A program made the translations under genes and the position numbers. Below, one piece after another: positions 18,031 to 27,799 of a DNA stretch of 64,000 nucleotides. The notes under the pieces were generated by a model. The model did not search any database. It was not told where the DNA came from and saw nothing but the letters and a program-made list of their open reading frames with translations. Source of the DNA: an uncultured Verrucomicrobiae bacterium (GTDB lineage Bacteria > Verrucomicrobiota > Verrucomicrobiia > Limisphaerales > JAFGQR01); assembly GCA_963788655.1 (NCBI GenBank), contig CAWBHS010000088.1, positions 96,001 through 160,000 on the forward strand, given 5' to 3'. Each line of letters starts with the position of its first letter. Position 1 is the stretch's first letter.

Positions 18031-21000
18031 CTATTGCTTGCGGTCGCGGTCCAGGATGATGCCCGCCGCCACGGCCGCCACGCCGGCGCCGGCGGCGGCC
18101 ACGGTCAGCGCCCGGCGCCGCCGCGAATTGCCGGCGTCGGGCTCGCCATTGCCCGCGGCGCCGTCGTCACGCTGGCGGGATTCGTCGATCTCCTTGATGC
18201 CCGAGGGCCGGGGTTCGTCGGACTTGTTGAATTCATTGAGCCGGCCCGAACTGCGCGAGTGGCCGCCGGCGCGCAGGGCCAGTTGCAGCACCTCGGCAAC
18301 GTGCAAGGCTTCCCGGCTGGTCAACTGCTTGATCTGCTCCTTGCAACTGAAGCCGTCGGCGACGATGAGGGTTTCCGCGTCCGCCGCGCGCACGGCCGGC
18401 AGCAGGACCCGCTCGCCGCATTGGACGGAGACGCCATATTTGTCCGCCTCGAAGCCAAAGGAGCCGGCCATGCCGCAGCAACCGGAGGAAAGCAGCTCGT
18501 AGTCGAGCCCCATTTGCTCGAACAGCTTCGTTTCGCACGCCAATTTCATGATGGCTTGGTGATGGCAATGCCCGTGAACCAGCGCGCGCCGCGGAAACCG
18601 GGGCGGACGATAATCCTTCAGCTTGTTCTCCAGAAATTCCGCCAGCGTGTAGGCCTGTTGGCGGAGCCGAAGCGCGTCCTGGTCGTGCGGAAACAGCCCC
18701 GTCAATTCGTCCCGGAACACCGCCAGGCAACTGGGCTCGATTCCGACCAGCGGCGTGCCCGCGGCGATCTCGTCGTGCAGCGTGTCGAGCACCCGGCGGA
18801 GCAGCCGTTTGGCGGTCGGCAACATGCCGTAGTCGTAGAGCGGCCGGCCACAGCAGAGGGGGGTCCGCGGCACGATCACGCGCAGGCCCGCGTCCTCGAG
18901 CACTTCGACCATGGCCTGGGCCACGTGGGGGTGGAGGTAGTTGTTGAACGTGTCGGGCCAGAGCAGGACGCGGGGACCGTTCGGGTGACGCGGCGCGCGC
19001 CGGAAGAACCATTGCTTGAACGTCTGCGTGGCGAACAAGGGCACGTGCCGTTCCGGGGCCACGCCGGCCAGCTTCTTGCCCACGGAACTGAACGGCTCAG
19101 TCTGGGTGAAGAAGTTCACCAAGCGCGGCATCTTCGAAGCCAGGCGCGCCCACCAATAAATCAATCCCAAACTGTAGGCGGTGCGCGGCCGCAGTCGGCC
19201 TTGATAATAATGCGACAAGAACTCGGCCTTGTAGGTGGCCATGTCCACGTTGACCGGGCAGTCGGCTTTGCAGCCTTTGCACGCGAGGCAGAGGTCGAGC
19301 GCCTCCTTGACGCTGTCGCTCTTCCAACCGTCGGTGAGCACGTCGCCCTGGAGCATTTCGAAGAGCAGATGGGCGCGGCCGCGAGTGGCGTGCTGTTCCT
19401 CGCGCGTGACCATGTAGCTCGGACACATCGTGCCGCCTTCGGCCCGCCGGCATTTGCCCACGCCCACACAGCGCAGCGTGGCGCGGGCGAAACTGCCCTG
19501 GTCTTCGGGGAACTGGAAATGCGTGGCCGGCTCCGCCGGGCGGTATTCGGTGCCGAGCCGAAGGTTGGACAAAATGGGATTGGCGTTGACGATTTTGCCG
19601 GGATTCATCCGGCCCTGGGGATCCCAGATGTGTTTGAACTCCTGAAAGGCGCGCACCAACTCCGGGCCATACATCTTGGACAGTAATTCGCCGCGCGACT
19701 GGCCGTCGCCGTGTTCGCCCGAGAGCGAGCCGCCCAGGCTCAAAACCAGATTGGACGCGTCCTCTACAAACGCGCGATACTTGGCCAGTCCTGCGCGCGT
19801 CACAAGGTCGAAGTCGATGCGACAATGAATGCAGCCCTGGCCGTAATGACCGTAGAGCGCGGCATGGTATTGGTAGGTGTCAAACAAATGGCGCAACCGG
19901 CGAAGATACTCGCCCACCTGCTCGGGCGGCACCGCCGAATCCTCCCAGCCGGGCCACGCATCCTTCATGCTCGGCACAAACGCCGTCGCGCCCAAACCCG
20001 ACTCGCGCACTTCCCACATTTTTCGCTCCTCGGCCTCGTCCTCGAAGAGCTTCATGCTGGGCCGGTCGGCGTTGGCTTGCAGCTTCGCCATCAACGCCCG
20101 CGCCTGCGCGTCGGTGTCCGCCTTGCTCTCGCCGCCGAACTCAACAAACAGCCAGCCGCGTCCCGGCGGCAGGATCGCCACGTCCTTCGGGTGCATGCCG
20201 CGTTTCTCCATGTAACTGACCAGATTGTCGTCGATACCCTCCAGGCCGATGGGTTGGTGCGCCATAATCTCCGGAACGTGATCGCCGGCGTGGTAGGCAT
20301 CGGGATAACCCAGGATCAGCAACGAGCGCGCCGCGGGGGCCGGCACCAGCATCATCGTAGCCTCCAAAATGGTGACGCACGTGGACTCGCTGCCCACCAA
20401 GGCGCGCGCCACCTGGAAGCCTTTCTCCGGCAGCAACTCGTCCAGGTTGTAGCCCGAAACCCGACGGGGAATGTTCGGGAAGCGTTGCCGGATCAGACCG
20501 GCGTACCGATCCCGCAACGAGCGAAGCTGGTCGTAGATTCGGCCCTGCGGCCCGCCGGCTTGGATGAGCCGCGCCAGTTCCGCTTCGCTGGTCCGGCCGA
20601 CGCGCATCCGGTGCCCTTCGTAGGTGAGCACCTCCAACTCGTGAACGTTGTCCGCCGTGCGTGGACCACCCCCGCGGAACTGGGCCATGACCGAATGGAT
20701 GCCGCAGGAATTGTTGCCGATCATTCCGCCCAAGGTGCAGTGATTGTGCGTGGCGGGGTCCGGGCCAAAGAGTAATTGGTGCCGGATGGTTTCCTTTTGC
20801 AGATCGTCCAATACCAGGCCGGGCCGCACGCGCGCCAGCTTGCGCGCGGCGTCGATTTCCAGGACCTGGTTGAAGTACTTGGACATGTCCAGCACCACGG
20901 CCACGTTGCAGCACTGGCCGGCCAGGCTGGTGCCGCCTCCGCGGGACAGGATCGGCGCGCCGAACTCACGGCAGAGCGCGACCGTTTCCATTACGTCCTC

Positions 21001-21228
21001 GACCTCCCGGGGAATCACCACGCCGATGGGCACCTGGCGATAGTTCGAACCGTCGGTGGCGTAGAGCGCGCGCGACCCGGCGTCGAAGCGCACTTCACCC
21101 CGCAGGCGCCGGCGCAGCGCGCGGGCCAGGGCGGTGGCATCGACTTGCGCCGCGTCGCGCGGGCGGGCCGAGGCGGTGCGCGACGCGGGCGGGGGAGATT
21201 CGGTGTGGGTGTGGGTGTCAGAGGGCAT
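18031..21228 (-). CDS. FAD-binding and Fe-S oxidoreductase (YdiJ/GlcD-GlcF fusion type 2-hydroxyacid dehydrogenase)
   Basis: YATDGSNY, RGGGTSLAGQ, TLGGMIGNN, GEHGDG, CVGVGKC, CLACKGCKADCP, CCG domains. Confidence 0.9.
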   Translation of the reverse strand: MPSDTHTHTESPPPASRTASARPRDAAQVDATALARALRRRLRGEVRFDAGSRALYATDGSNYRQVPIGVVIPREVEDVMETVALCREFGAPILSRGGGTSLAGQCCNVAVVLDMSKYFNQVLEIDAARKLARVRPGLVLDDLQKETIRHQLLFGPDPATHNHCTLGGMIGNNSCGIHSVMAQFRGGGPRTADNVHELEVLTYEGHRMRVGRTSEAELARLIQAGGPQGRIYDQLRSLRDRYAGLIRQRFPNIPRRVSGYNLDELLPEKGFQVARALVGSESTCVTILEATMMLVPAPAARSLLILGYPDAYHAGDHVPEIMAHQPIGLEGIDDNLVSYMEKRGMHPKDVAILPPGRGWLFVEFGGESKADTDAQARALMAKLQANADRPSMKLFEDEAEERKMWEVRESGLGATAFVPSMKDAWPGWEDSAVPPEQVGEYLRRLRHLFDTYQYHAALYGHYGQGCIHCRIDFDLVTRAGLAKYRAFVEDASNLVLSLGGSLSGEHGDGQSRGELLSKMYGPELVRAFQEFKHIWDPQGRMNPGKIVNANPILSNLRLGTEYRPAEPATHFQFPEDQGSFARATLRCVGVGKCRRAEGGTMCPSYMVTREEQHATRGRAHLLFEMLQGDVLTDGWKSDSVKEALDLCLACKGCKADCPVNVDMATYKAEFLSHYYQGRLRPRTAYSLGLIYWWARLASKMPRLVNFFTQTEPFSSVGKKLAGVAPERHVPLFATQTFKQWFFRRAPRHPNGPRVLLWPDTFNNYLHPHVAQAMVEVLEDAGLRVIVPRTPLCCGRPLYDYGMLPTAKRLLRRVLDTLHDEIAAGTPLVGIEPSCLAVFRDELTGLFPHDQDALRLRQQAYTLAEFLENKLKDYRPPRFPRRALVHGHCHHQAIMKLACETKLFEQMGLDYELLSSGCCGMAGSFGFEADKYGVSVQCGERVLLPAVRAADAETLIVADGFSCKEQIKQLTSREALHVAEVLQLALRAGGHSRSSGRLNEFNKSDEPRPSGIKEIDESRQRDDGAAGNGEPDAGNSRRRRALTVAAAGAGVAAVAAGIILDRDRKQ

Positions 21229-22306
21229 ACTTGCTGGCATCGGTTGATTTCAATTCCAGACCTAAACCGGGGCGAGCCGGATCGGGCCGCAGTTCGCCGT
21301 GAGTGGCGGGGAGCGCGCCGTCAAAGAACATCGCTTCAATGCGCGCGTGATCATGAAAATACTCGACGTGTTCGGCGCCCGGCAGCGCGCAGCAGGGGTG
21401 CGCGTGCAGCGACGGCGCGGTGTGCGCCGACAGTGGCACCTGGAGGGCCGCGCCCAGCGCGCCCACTTGCAGGAACCCGGTGAGGCCGGCGCAGCGCGTG
21501 GCGTCCGCCTGCAGCACATCGACGGCTCCCGCCGCGAGCATTTGCCGGAAATACGGCAGGTCGTAGCCGTATTCACCGGCGGCAATCGCCATTCCGGCCG
21601 GCGCGCGATCGCGCAACAAACGCAAGCCGTCGAGATCATCGGAACTCACCGGTTCCTCGAACCAGTGTACCTGGTGTTCGGCGAACGCCTCGGCCTGGGC
21701 AATCGCCTGCTTCCGCGAATAGGCACCGTTGGCATCGACGAACAGCTCCGTCTGCGGGCCAATGGCTTCGCGGGCGGCCCGCACGCGCGGCAGATCGGCG
21801 GCGGGTTCGCGGCCGACCTTCATCTTGACGCGCGTGAAGCCGGCTCCAGCCCAACCGCCCAATTGGCGTTGCAGTTGTGGGATCGAGTAAGAGGTGAACC
21901 CGCCGCTGCCGTACGCCGGAATGGCCGCGCGGACCGCGCCCAGCAAGCGGAGCAAGGGCAGGTCCAGCAATCGCGCCTTGAGATCCCAGAGCGCCACATC
22001 GACCGCGGCAATCGCCATCGACGCCAACCCCGGCCGCCCGAGGTTGCGAATTGCCTGCACCATCTTCATCCAAAGTCCGGAGACGTTCATGGCGTCTTCG
22101 CCGCTCACCAAAGGACCCAGCTTGTCGCGGATCAGCACCGCGGCGCTGTGGTGCGCGTAGGTGTAACCGAGGCCCGCGCAACGGCCGGCGTGCGCCCGCA
22201 CCACCACCACGCCCGTGGCGTCCCATTGCAGCGTGCCGTCCGATTCCGGCGCGTCGGTGGGCACCTGATATGCGGTTACGTCGAGCCGTTCGAGCCGCGC
22301 TTCCAA
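21218..22306 (-). CDS. Mandelate racemase/muconate lactonizing enzyme family (enolase superfamily)
   Basis: ALWDLKAR, YGSGG, KMK, VDANG, FEEP, GEYG, TRCAG. TTG start preceded by AAAGGA. Confidence 0.88.
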   Translation of the reverse strand: MEARLERLDVTAYQVPTDAPESDGTLQWDATGVVVVRAHAGRCAGLGYTYAHHSAAVLIRDKLGPLVSGEDAMNVSGLWMKMVQAIRNLGRPGLASMAIAAVDVALWDLKARLLDLPLLRLLGAVRAAIPAYGSGGFTSYSIPQLQRQLGGWAGAGFTRVKMKVGREPAADLPRVRAAREAIGPQTELFVDANGAYSRKQAIAQAEAFAEHQVHWFEEPVSSDDLDGLRLLRDRAPAGMAIAAGEYGYDLPYFRQMLAAGAVDVLQADATRCAGLTGFLQVGALGAALQVPLSAHTAPSLHAHPCCALPGAEHVEYFHDHARIEAMFFDGALPATHGELRPDPARPGLGLELKSTDASKYAL

Positions 22307-22318
22307 TGACGGTCCTTT

Positions 22319-22921
22319 CTAGTCCACGCCCACGCCCACTTTCGCGCGGCTCGCAGCGCCGGCGCTGACCGGTTCGTGCCGTCCTTCGGCGAACTCTTCG
22401 ATCATCTTGCGATTGAAGGCGGGAAGGTCGTCGGGTTTCCGGCTGGTGACCAATCCCTGGTCCACCACCACTTCCTGGTCCACCCAAGTGGCGCCGGCGT
22501 TTTTCAAATCCGTCTGAATGGATTCGTAGGACGTCAGCTTCCGGCCCCGCACCACTCCGGCATCGATCAGGGTCCAGGGGCCGTGACAGATGGCGGCCGT
22601 GGGTTTGCCGGCTTCGAAGAAGGCGCGCACGAAATCCAGCGCCTGCGCATTGCGGCGCAAATGGTCGGGATTCATCACGCCACCGGGGAGCAACAACGCG
22701 TCGTAGTTGTCCGCCTTGGCCTGGGCCAGGGGCATATCGACGGGAAACGTGTCGCCCCATTCGGTGTGTTTCCAGCCTTTGACCTGGTTCCCGGAAGGCG
22801 CCACGATATCAGCGCGCGCGCCCTCGGCTTCGAGCGCCTTTTTCGGTTCGGTCAGTTCTTCCTGTTCAAAGCCATTGGTGACGAGGATCGCCACTTTCTT
22901 TCCGTTCAGTTTTTTGCTCAT
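22319..22921 (-). CDS. PfpI/DJ-1 family (YhbO-like) deglycase/glyoxalase III
   Basis: GFEQEEL, LPGGVMNPDHLR, AICHGPW, VTSRKPDDLPAF. Confidence 0.92.
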   Translation of the reverse strand: MSKKLNGKKVAILVTNGFEQEELTEPKKALEAEGARADIVAPSGNQVKGWKHTEWGDTFPVDMPLAQAKADNYDALLLPGGVMNPDHLRRNAQALDFVRAFFEAGKPTAAICHGPWTLIDAGVVRGRKLTSYESIQTDLKNAGATWVDQEVVVDQGLVTSRKPDDLPAFNRKMIEEFAEGRHEPVSAGAASRAKVGVGVD

Positions 22922-22964
22922 AAAGAATCCATGGTTGAGGTTGATTTGCTTAGGGGATTGGCAT

Positions 22965-24755
22965 TCATCCTTTGGAGGGGGTGAACCGTTCCGCCAGATC
23001 TTTGAAGGATTGGAGGATGATGCCCCGCCAATCCCGGTCGCCCTTGGCCACGGCCAGTGCGTAGTTGCGGGCTTGTTTCACGGTGATGTGCGGCGGCAGC
23101 GGCGGCACGTCGGGATCGGTGTGCGCATCGACCACCACCGGGCGGTCGGCGTTCAACGCCTTGTCCCAAACCCGGCCCAGGTCGTCGGGGTTGTCCACGA
23201 CGACCCCCTGCAAGCCAAGCATGTTGGCGTAGTCGGCAAAGGAGAACGCCGGCACTTTCTGCGAGCCTTCGAATTTCGGGTCGCCTGCCAGCACGCGTTG
23301 CTCCCAGGTGACCTGGTTCAAATCGCGGTTGTTCAACACCAGCACGATCAGTCGCGGATCGCTCCATTCACGCCAGTACTTGGCCAGGGTGACCAGTTCG
23401 GCGTTGCCGTTCATCTGCATGGCGCCGTCGCCGACCAGGGCAATCGCCACCCGGTCCGGAAAAGCGAACTTGGCGGCGATCGCGTAGGGCACGCCGGGGC
23501 CCATCGTCGCCAAAGTGCCGGACAGGGAAGCCATCATGCCGCGGCGGAGTTTCAGATCGCGCGCAAACCAGTTGGCCGCGGAACCGGAGTCCGAACTGAT
23601 GATGCAATTGTCCGGCAACCGCGGCGAAAGTTCCCAAAAGACGCGCTGGGGATTCAGCGGGTTGGCGTCGTTCATGGCGCGCCCTTCCAGCACCTTCCAC
23701 GACTCGGCCACGCCCTGCTCGATCTTCGCGCGCCAACTGCGGTCGGTCTTCTTCTTCAACCACGGCATCAAGGCGCGCAGCGTCTCGGCACTGTCGCCCT
23801 GGAGTGGCACTTCCATCGGGTAACGAATGTTCAACATCCGGCCGTCGATATCGATCTGCACACCGCGCGCCTGGCCTTCCGCGGGAAGAAATTCCGAGTA
23901 GGGAAAACTGGAGCCGATCATCAGAAGCGTGTCGCACTGCGCCATCATGTCGTAACTGGGTTTGGTTCCCAGCAGGCCAATCGCGCCGGTGACAAACGGC
24001 AGGTCGTCCGGCACCGCGGCTCGGCCCAACAGCGCCTTGGCCACGCCGGCCCCGAGGATTTCGGCCACCTCAAGCACTTCGTCCGTCGCTCGCAACGCGC
24101 CCGCCCCGACCAACATGGCGACCCGCTGCCCCGCGTTCAAAACGTCGGCAGCCCGGCGCAGGTCCGCGTCGCGCGGCACCACCCGCGGCGAGGCAAAGCC
24201 CAGCCCGGAATGCACCGTGCCGTGTTTGCGGGGCGGTTCTTCCACGGCGTCCATCTCCTGCACGTCGTTGGGAACGATGATGCAGGTGACTGCGCGCGCG
24301 CTCCGCGCGACGCGAATAGCCCGATCGACCAAGTGCCGAATTTGCGCCGGCGTGGAGGCCATGTGAACGTATTCGTGGGCCACGTCCTTGAAGAGGCTGA
24401 TGAGATCCACCTCCTGCTGGTAGCTGCCGCCCAAGGCCGCCCGCGCCTGCTGGCCAACAATGGCCACGACCGGCTGATGATCCATTTGCGCGTCGTAAAG
24501 CCCGTTCAAGAGATGAATTGCGCCCGGCCCCGACGTAGCCATGCACACGCCCACGTCGCCGGTGAATTTCGCGTGGGCGCATGCCATGAACGCCGACATT
24601 TCTTCGTGCCGCACCTGGATGAACTGCATGCGGTCGGCCGCTCGCTCCAAGGCGCCGAGCAAGCCATTGATGCCGTCGCCGGGGAAGCCGTAGATGCGTT
24701 TGATATCCCATTGGAGCAAACGCTCGATCATGTGGTCGCCAACTGTTTTGGCCAT
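22965..24755 (-). CDS. TPP-dependent enzyme, pyruvate oxidase (PoxB)-like
   Basis: GFPGDGING, RHEE, TSGPGAIHLLNGLYDA, GDGAMQM...NN TPP motif. Confidence 0.9.
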   Translation of the reverse strand: MAKTVGDHMIERLLQWDIKRIYGFPGDGINGLLGALERAADRMQFIQVRHEEMSAFMACAHAKFTGDVGVCMATSGPGAIHLLNGLYDAQMDHQPVVAIVGQQARAALGGSYQQEVDLISLFKDVAHEYVHMASTPAQIRHLVDRAIRVARSARAVTCIIVPNDVQEMDAVEEPPRKHGTVHSGLGFASPRVVPRDADLRRAADVLNAGQRVAMLVGAGALRATDEVLEVAEILGAGVAKALLGRAAVPDDLPFVTGAIGLLGTKPSYDMMAQCDTLLMIGSSFPYSEFLPAEGQARGVQIDIDGRMLNIRYPMEVPLQGDSAETLRALMPWLKKKTDRSWRAKIEQGVAESWKVLEGRAMNDANPLNPQRVFWELSPRLPDNCIISSDSGSAANWFARDLKLRRGMMASLSGTLATMGPGVPYAIAAKFAFPDRVAIALVGDGAMQMNGNAELVTLAKYWREWSDPRLIVLVLNNRDLNQVTWEQRVLAGDPKFEGSQKVPAFSFADYANMLGLQGVVVDNPDDLGRVWDKALNADRPVVVDAHTDPDVPPLPPHITVKQARNYALAVAKGDRDWRGIILQSFKDLAERFTPSKG

Positions 24756-25140
24756 AGTCCGTTGTTCCTTTCGTTTGAGGGCGCCCGCCGCCGCAACGCG
24801 CCGCGCCCCTCGAGCCTCTTTCAGCATCCGATGTACCGTCACAGCGCGGGCTCCCGAAATGATTCACTTCACGCCGATTTGGCGGGGTCGCGCCTTCGCG
24901 AAACGCGCTCGGCACTTTGCAGATTGCAGCGTGGCACCGATGATCCCGTGCAACGTGCAAGGCAATGAAGGTGCGAATGTGGTTGCATGCGTTCGTCCCC
25001 GCCAACTTTGCGGGCGGGTACGCCGCAGTGCGGCGTCCTCTGCTCCGGTTGGTCTTCAACCCCGCCGCGCTCCCACAATGACAATCCGGCCCCCAGGCGG
25101 AAAGGGCGGGCAAAGCGGACGCTGCCGACAACGGCGATCC

Positions 25141-25299
25141 TCAGAGGTAGCCCAGCAAGAACAGGATCAACACGATGATCAACAAGGTGCCCAGCATGCC
25201 ACCCGGCCAATAACCCCAGGAGCGGCTATAGGGCCAGGCGGGCAGCGCCCCGATCAACAGAATGATCAGGAGGATCAGAACGAGGGTGCTCACGGTCAT
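25141..25299 (-). CDS. DUF3309 small membrane protein
   Basis: LIGALPAWPYSRSWGYWPGG signature. Confidence 0.85.
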   Translation of the reverse strand: MTVSTLVLILLIILLIGALPAWPYSRSWGYWPGGMLGTLLIIVLILFLLGYL

Positions 25300-25664
25300 A
25301 GTTTGGTTGTGGTTGTGCCGGCAGACCAAGTTCCCCGGCGGTTTCCTGCCTCACGCCGGCGGGCGTTTTGGCAGCGGGGCCCGCCTGTCGGCTGGTTACC
25401 TACCGCGCGGTTCTTCTAGCGTGGGCTGTGCCACACCCAATTGTGATTCGTAACAACCCGACGTTTGACTTCAGATACAGAGTCCCAGTTACATGGTCAC
25501 GTGCGAAGAACAACACAGCACCCGCGGACGCGCCCGGTTGAGGTTCAAGCGTTAGCTTGCATCAGGAATTTCGCTTCGCGCTCTGCGCCAAAACCCCTGG
25601 CAGACTCAGGCAGCAAGCCATTGTGGTTCCGGGGAAACATCCGGAGGTTGAACCGTGAGTTGAT

Positions 25665-26153
25665 ATGCTCTCCATACACACAATCATCGGCTCCGATCCG
25701 CACACCATCCGGTGGTGGCAGATGGCTATTCGGGCGCTGGTCATCTTTGGCGCTGCCTTTGTGCTGGTGCGGTTTGGGGGCGCCCGAATCTTTGGGAAGA
25801 AGACCATCTTCGACATTGTGCTGGCCGTGATGCTCGGCTCGATTCTTAGCCGGGCGTTGACGGCCAATGCGCCGTTTTTCCCGACGCTTGCCGCGGCCAC
25901 CGCCTTGGTGCTGCTCCACTGGATGCTGGCTCACTTGGCGTTCCGGCATCCGCGCTTTGGCAAGTTGATCAAAGGCACGGAACATCAACTCATCGCCGAC
26001 GGACATATTCTGCGTGACGCATTACGCCAGACCACGGTGACGGAGACTGACCTCATGGAATCGTTGCGCTCGACGCATGGGCATACCGACCTCCAGCGGA
26101 TCAAAGCCGCGTACCTGGAGCGAAGCGGGCAGATCAGTTTTGTGGAACAGTGA
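25665..26153 (+). CDS. DUF421/YetF-family membrane protein
   Basis: FDIVLAVMLGSILSR, LIKG...LIADG, AYLERSGQISF. Confidence 0.85.
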   Translation: MLSIHTIIGSDPHTIRWWQMAIRALVIFGAAFVLVRFGGARIFGKKTIFDIVLAVMLGSILSRALTANAPFFPTLAAATALVLLHWMLAHLAFRHPRFGKLIKGTEHQLIADGHILRDALRQTTVTETDLMESLRSTHGHTDLQRIKAAYLERSGQISFVEQ

Positions 26154-26155
26154 GT

Positions 26156-26812
26156 CTAGGCACTTGCGTGCTCCGTTCCGAAAGCACTGTCATCGCGCTG
26201 CCATAAGGTCGAAGCATCGAAGCTGGCCGAGGCCGCCGTGGTGAGAACAAAAACCGCCGTGAACGCCCACGCGCCGGCGCCGGCGACGATGGTCGCAATG
26301 TCGCCGAAATTGGCGAGAGCCAAAATGGACGCCAACAAAAACATCTCCATCGCGTTCCAGGACGAAACAGCGTGAATCAGGTCATAGGCGCGCCGGCGCC
26401 CGCGCAGCGCCCAACGACCCGGAGGGGCAAAGGACAAAAAGAGCAGCCCCACGATCTTGGCCAGCGGGGTGAGGAAACTGGTGGTGCAAACCAGCAAGCC
26501 TACCAGATACATTCCTGCCGAAAACAAATGCGCCACGCCATTGAGAATGGTCATCTTGCTGTGAGCCCCCAAGTAATCCACGACCGCGATGGGGAGCAGA
26601 TTGGCGGGCACATATAACGCCAGCGCGGCCAGCGCAAAACAACGCGTCCAGTATAAGCGCCGCCCGGCGTCACGGTACAACCGGGCGCCGCAACGTACGC
26701 ACACCGCGGTCTGGCTCGCTCCCACCGCGGGCCGCGTCTGCACCAATTCGCACAAATCGCAACGAACGATGCCGCTTTGCGGAGTCGCTTCGATTTCATG
26801 GAAAGAGTCCAT
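26156..26812 (-). CDS. pqiA: Paraquat-inducible protein A (single-domain)
   Basis: CDLC...CVRCGARL, LYVPANLLP, hydrophobic core. Confidence 0.85.
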   Translation of the reverse strand: MDSFHEIEATPQSGIVRCDLCELVQTRPAVGASQTAVCVRCGARLYRDAGRRLYWTRCFALAALALYVPANLLPIAVVDYLGAHSKMTILNGVAHLFSAGMYLVGLLVCTTSFLTPLAKIVGLLFLSFAPPGRWALRGRRRAYDLIHAVSSWNAMEMFLLASILALANFGDIATIVAGAGAWAFTAVFVLTTAASASFDASTLWQRDDSAFGTEHASA

Positions 26813-26818
26813 TAGCGG

Positions 26819-27799
26819 CTAGTCCCGTTCGATTTGTTGGAACCTCTGCCAGGCGTTTGAAGCTGCCGTCGGACTGGATGCAGCCGGTTTGTCTCCGCCG
26901 GTGGGAGGCGCGGGCCGCCATTGTTTCCATTCCTTCTGAGCTTGGGGAAACAGTCGAAACACATAATCGGGGGAGGCGGGCGGGGCCGGTTCCGCGGGCG
27001 TGGCAAACTCAATGCCGCCGGCAATCAGGGTTTTCAAATCTTGCAGGCGGATATCCACGCCGGAAAACAAGCCGGCGTTGATATCCAGGCCGGCAACATT
27101 CCAGAACTTTGAGTTGACGTGGACCAGGGGAGCAAAGGCGGGCCGGATCAACACTTGAAACGCCACCGCCGAACCATCCTTCGTCAGTTCATACGCCAGC
27201 ACCGAACCCACTTCGACGCCGCGATAATAAACCCGCGATCCCGCTTGCAAACCCGAACGCCGCGCCGCCAGCAAGCACAGCCGTAGCCCGCGCGGCGTTT
27301 CGGCGGTCTCTTCCGCCACCGGCGGCTGCTCGCGCCCGACAAAATGATCACAGCGTTCGGTGCTTTTGCCCAATTGCACCTCGAGGTAATTTTGCGACGT
27401 GATCGTCCCCAGCCCCTTGACTTCCGTGCCTGAGAAATGCGGCCGCACAATCCAAAACTCGGTCCCAGCCTTCGCCAGGTCCGCATATTCACCATTCAAG
27501 GTGGCCGTCACCAGGGTCGAATCGCGTTGTTCACTTAACGTGATCCGTTCCACCAGTCCGACTTGGAGGCCGCGAAACTTTAATGGAGACTTGCCGGGGG
27601 CGAGGCCGGACACATCATTGAACTGGATGGTAATCTCATGGCCGAACTCCGCATATTCCCGGTAGATCAACCAGGCCGTGATTCCGAGCGCAAACAGGGG
27701 CACCAGCCAGAACAAGCGCCAACCGCGGCGCGCGCGCACGCGGGCCGTGGGCAAGGCAGGGTTCGCCGGCTGATGCTCAGGAGGATTCTTGGTGCTCAT
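26819..27799 (-). CDS. pqiB: Two-MCE-domain PqiB/MlaD family protein
   Basis: WLVP TM segment; GL.PGKSPLKFRGLQVGLV; GSRVYYRGVEVGSV; FWN...GGIEFATP. Confidence 0.85.
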   Translation of the reverse strand: MSTKNPPEHQPANPALPTARVRARRGWRLFWLVPLFALGITAWLIYREYAEFGHEITIQFNDVSGLAPGKSPLKFRGLQVGLVERITLSEQRDSTLVTATLNGEYADLAKAGTEFWIVRPHFSGTEVKGLGTITSQNYLEVQLGKSTERCDHFVGREQPPVAEETAETPRGLRLCLLAARRSGLQAGSRVYYRGVEVGSVLAYELTKDGSAVAFQVLIRPAFAPLVHVNSKFWNVAGLDINAGLFSGVDIRLQDLKTLIAGGIEFATPAEPAPPASPDYVFRLFPQAQKEWKQWRPAPPTGGDKPAASSPTAASNAWQRFQQIERD

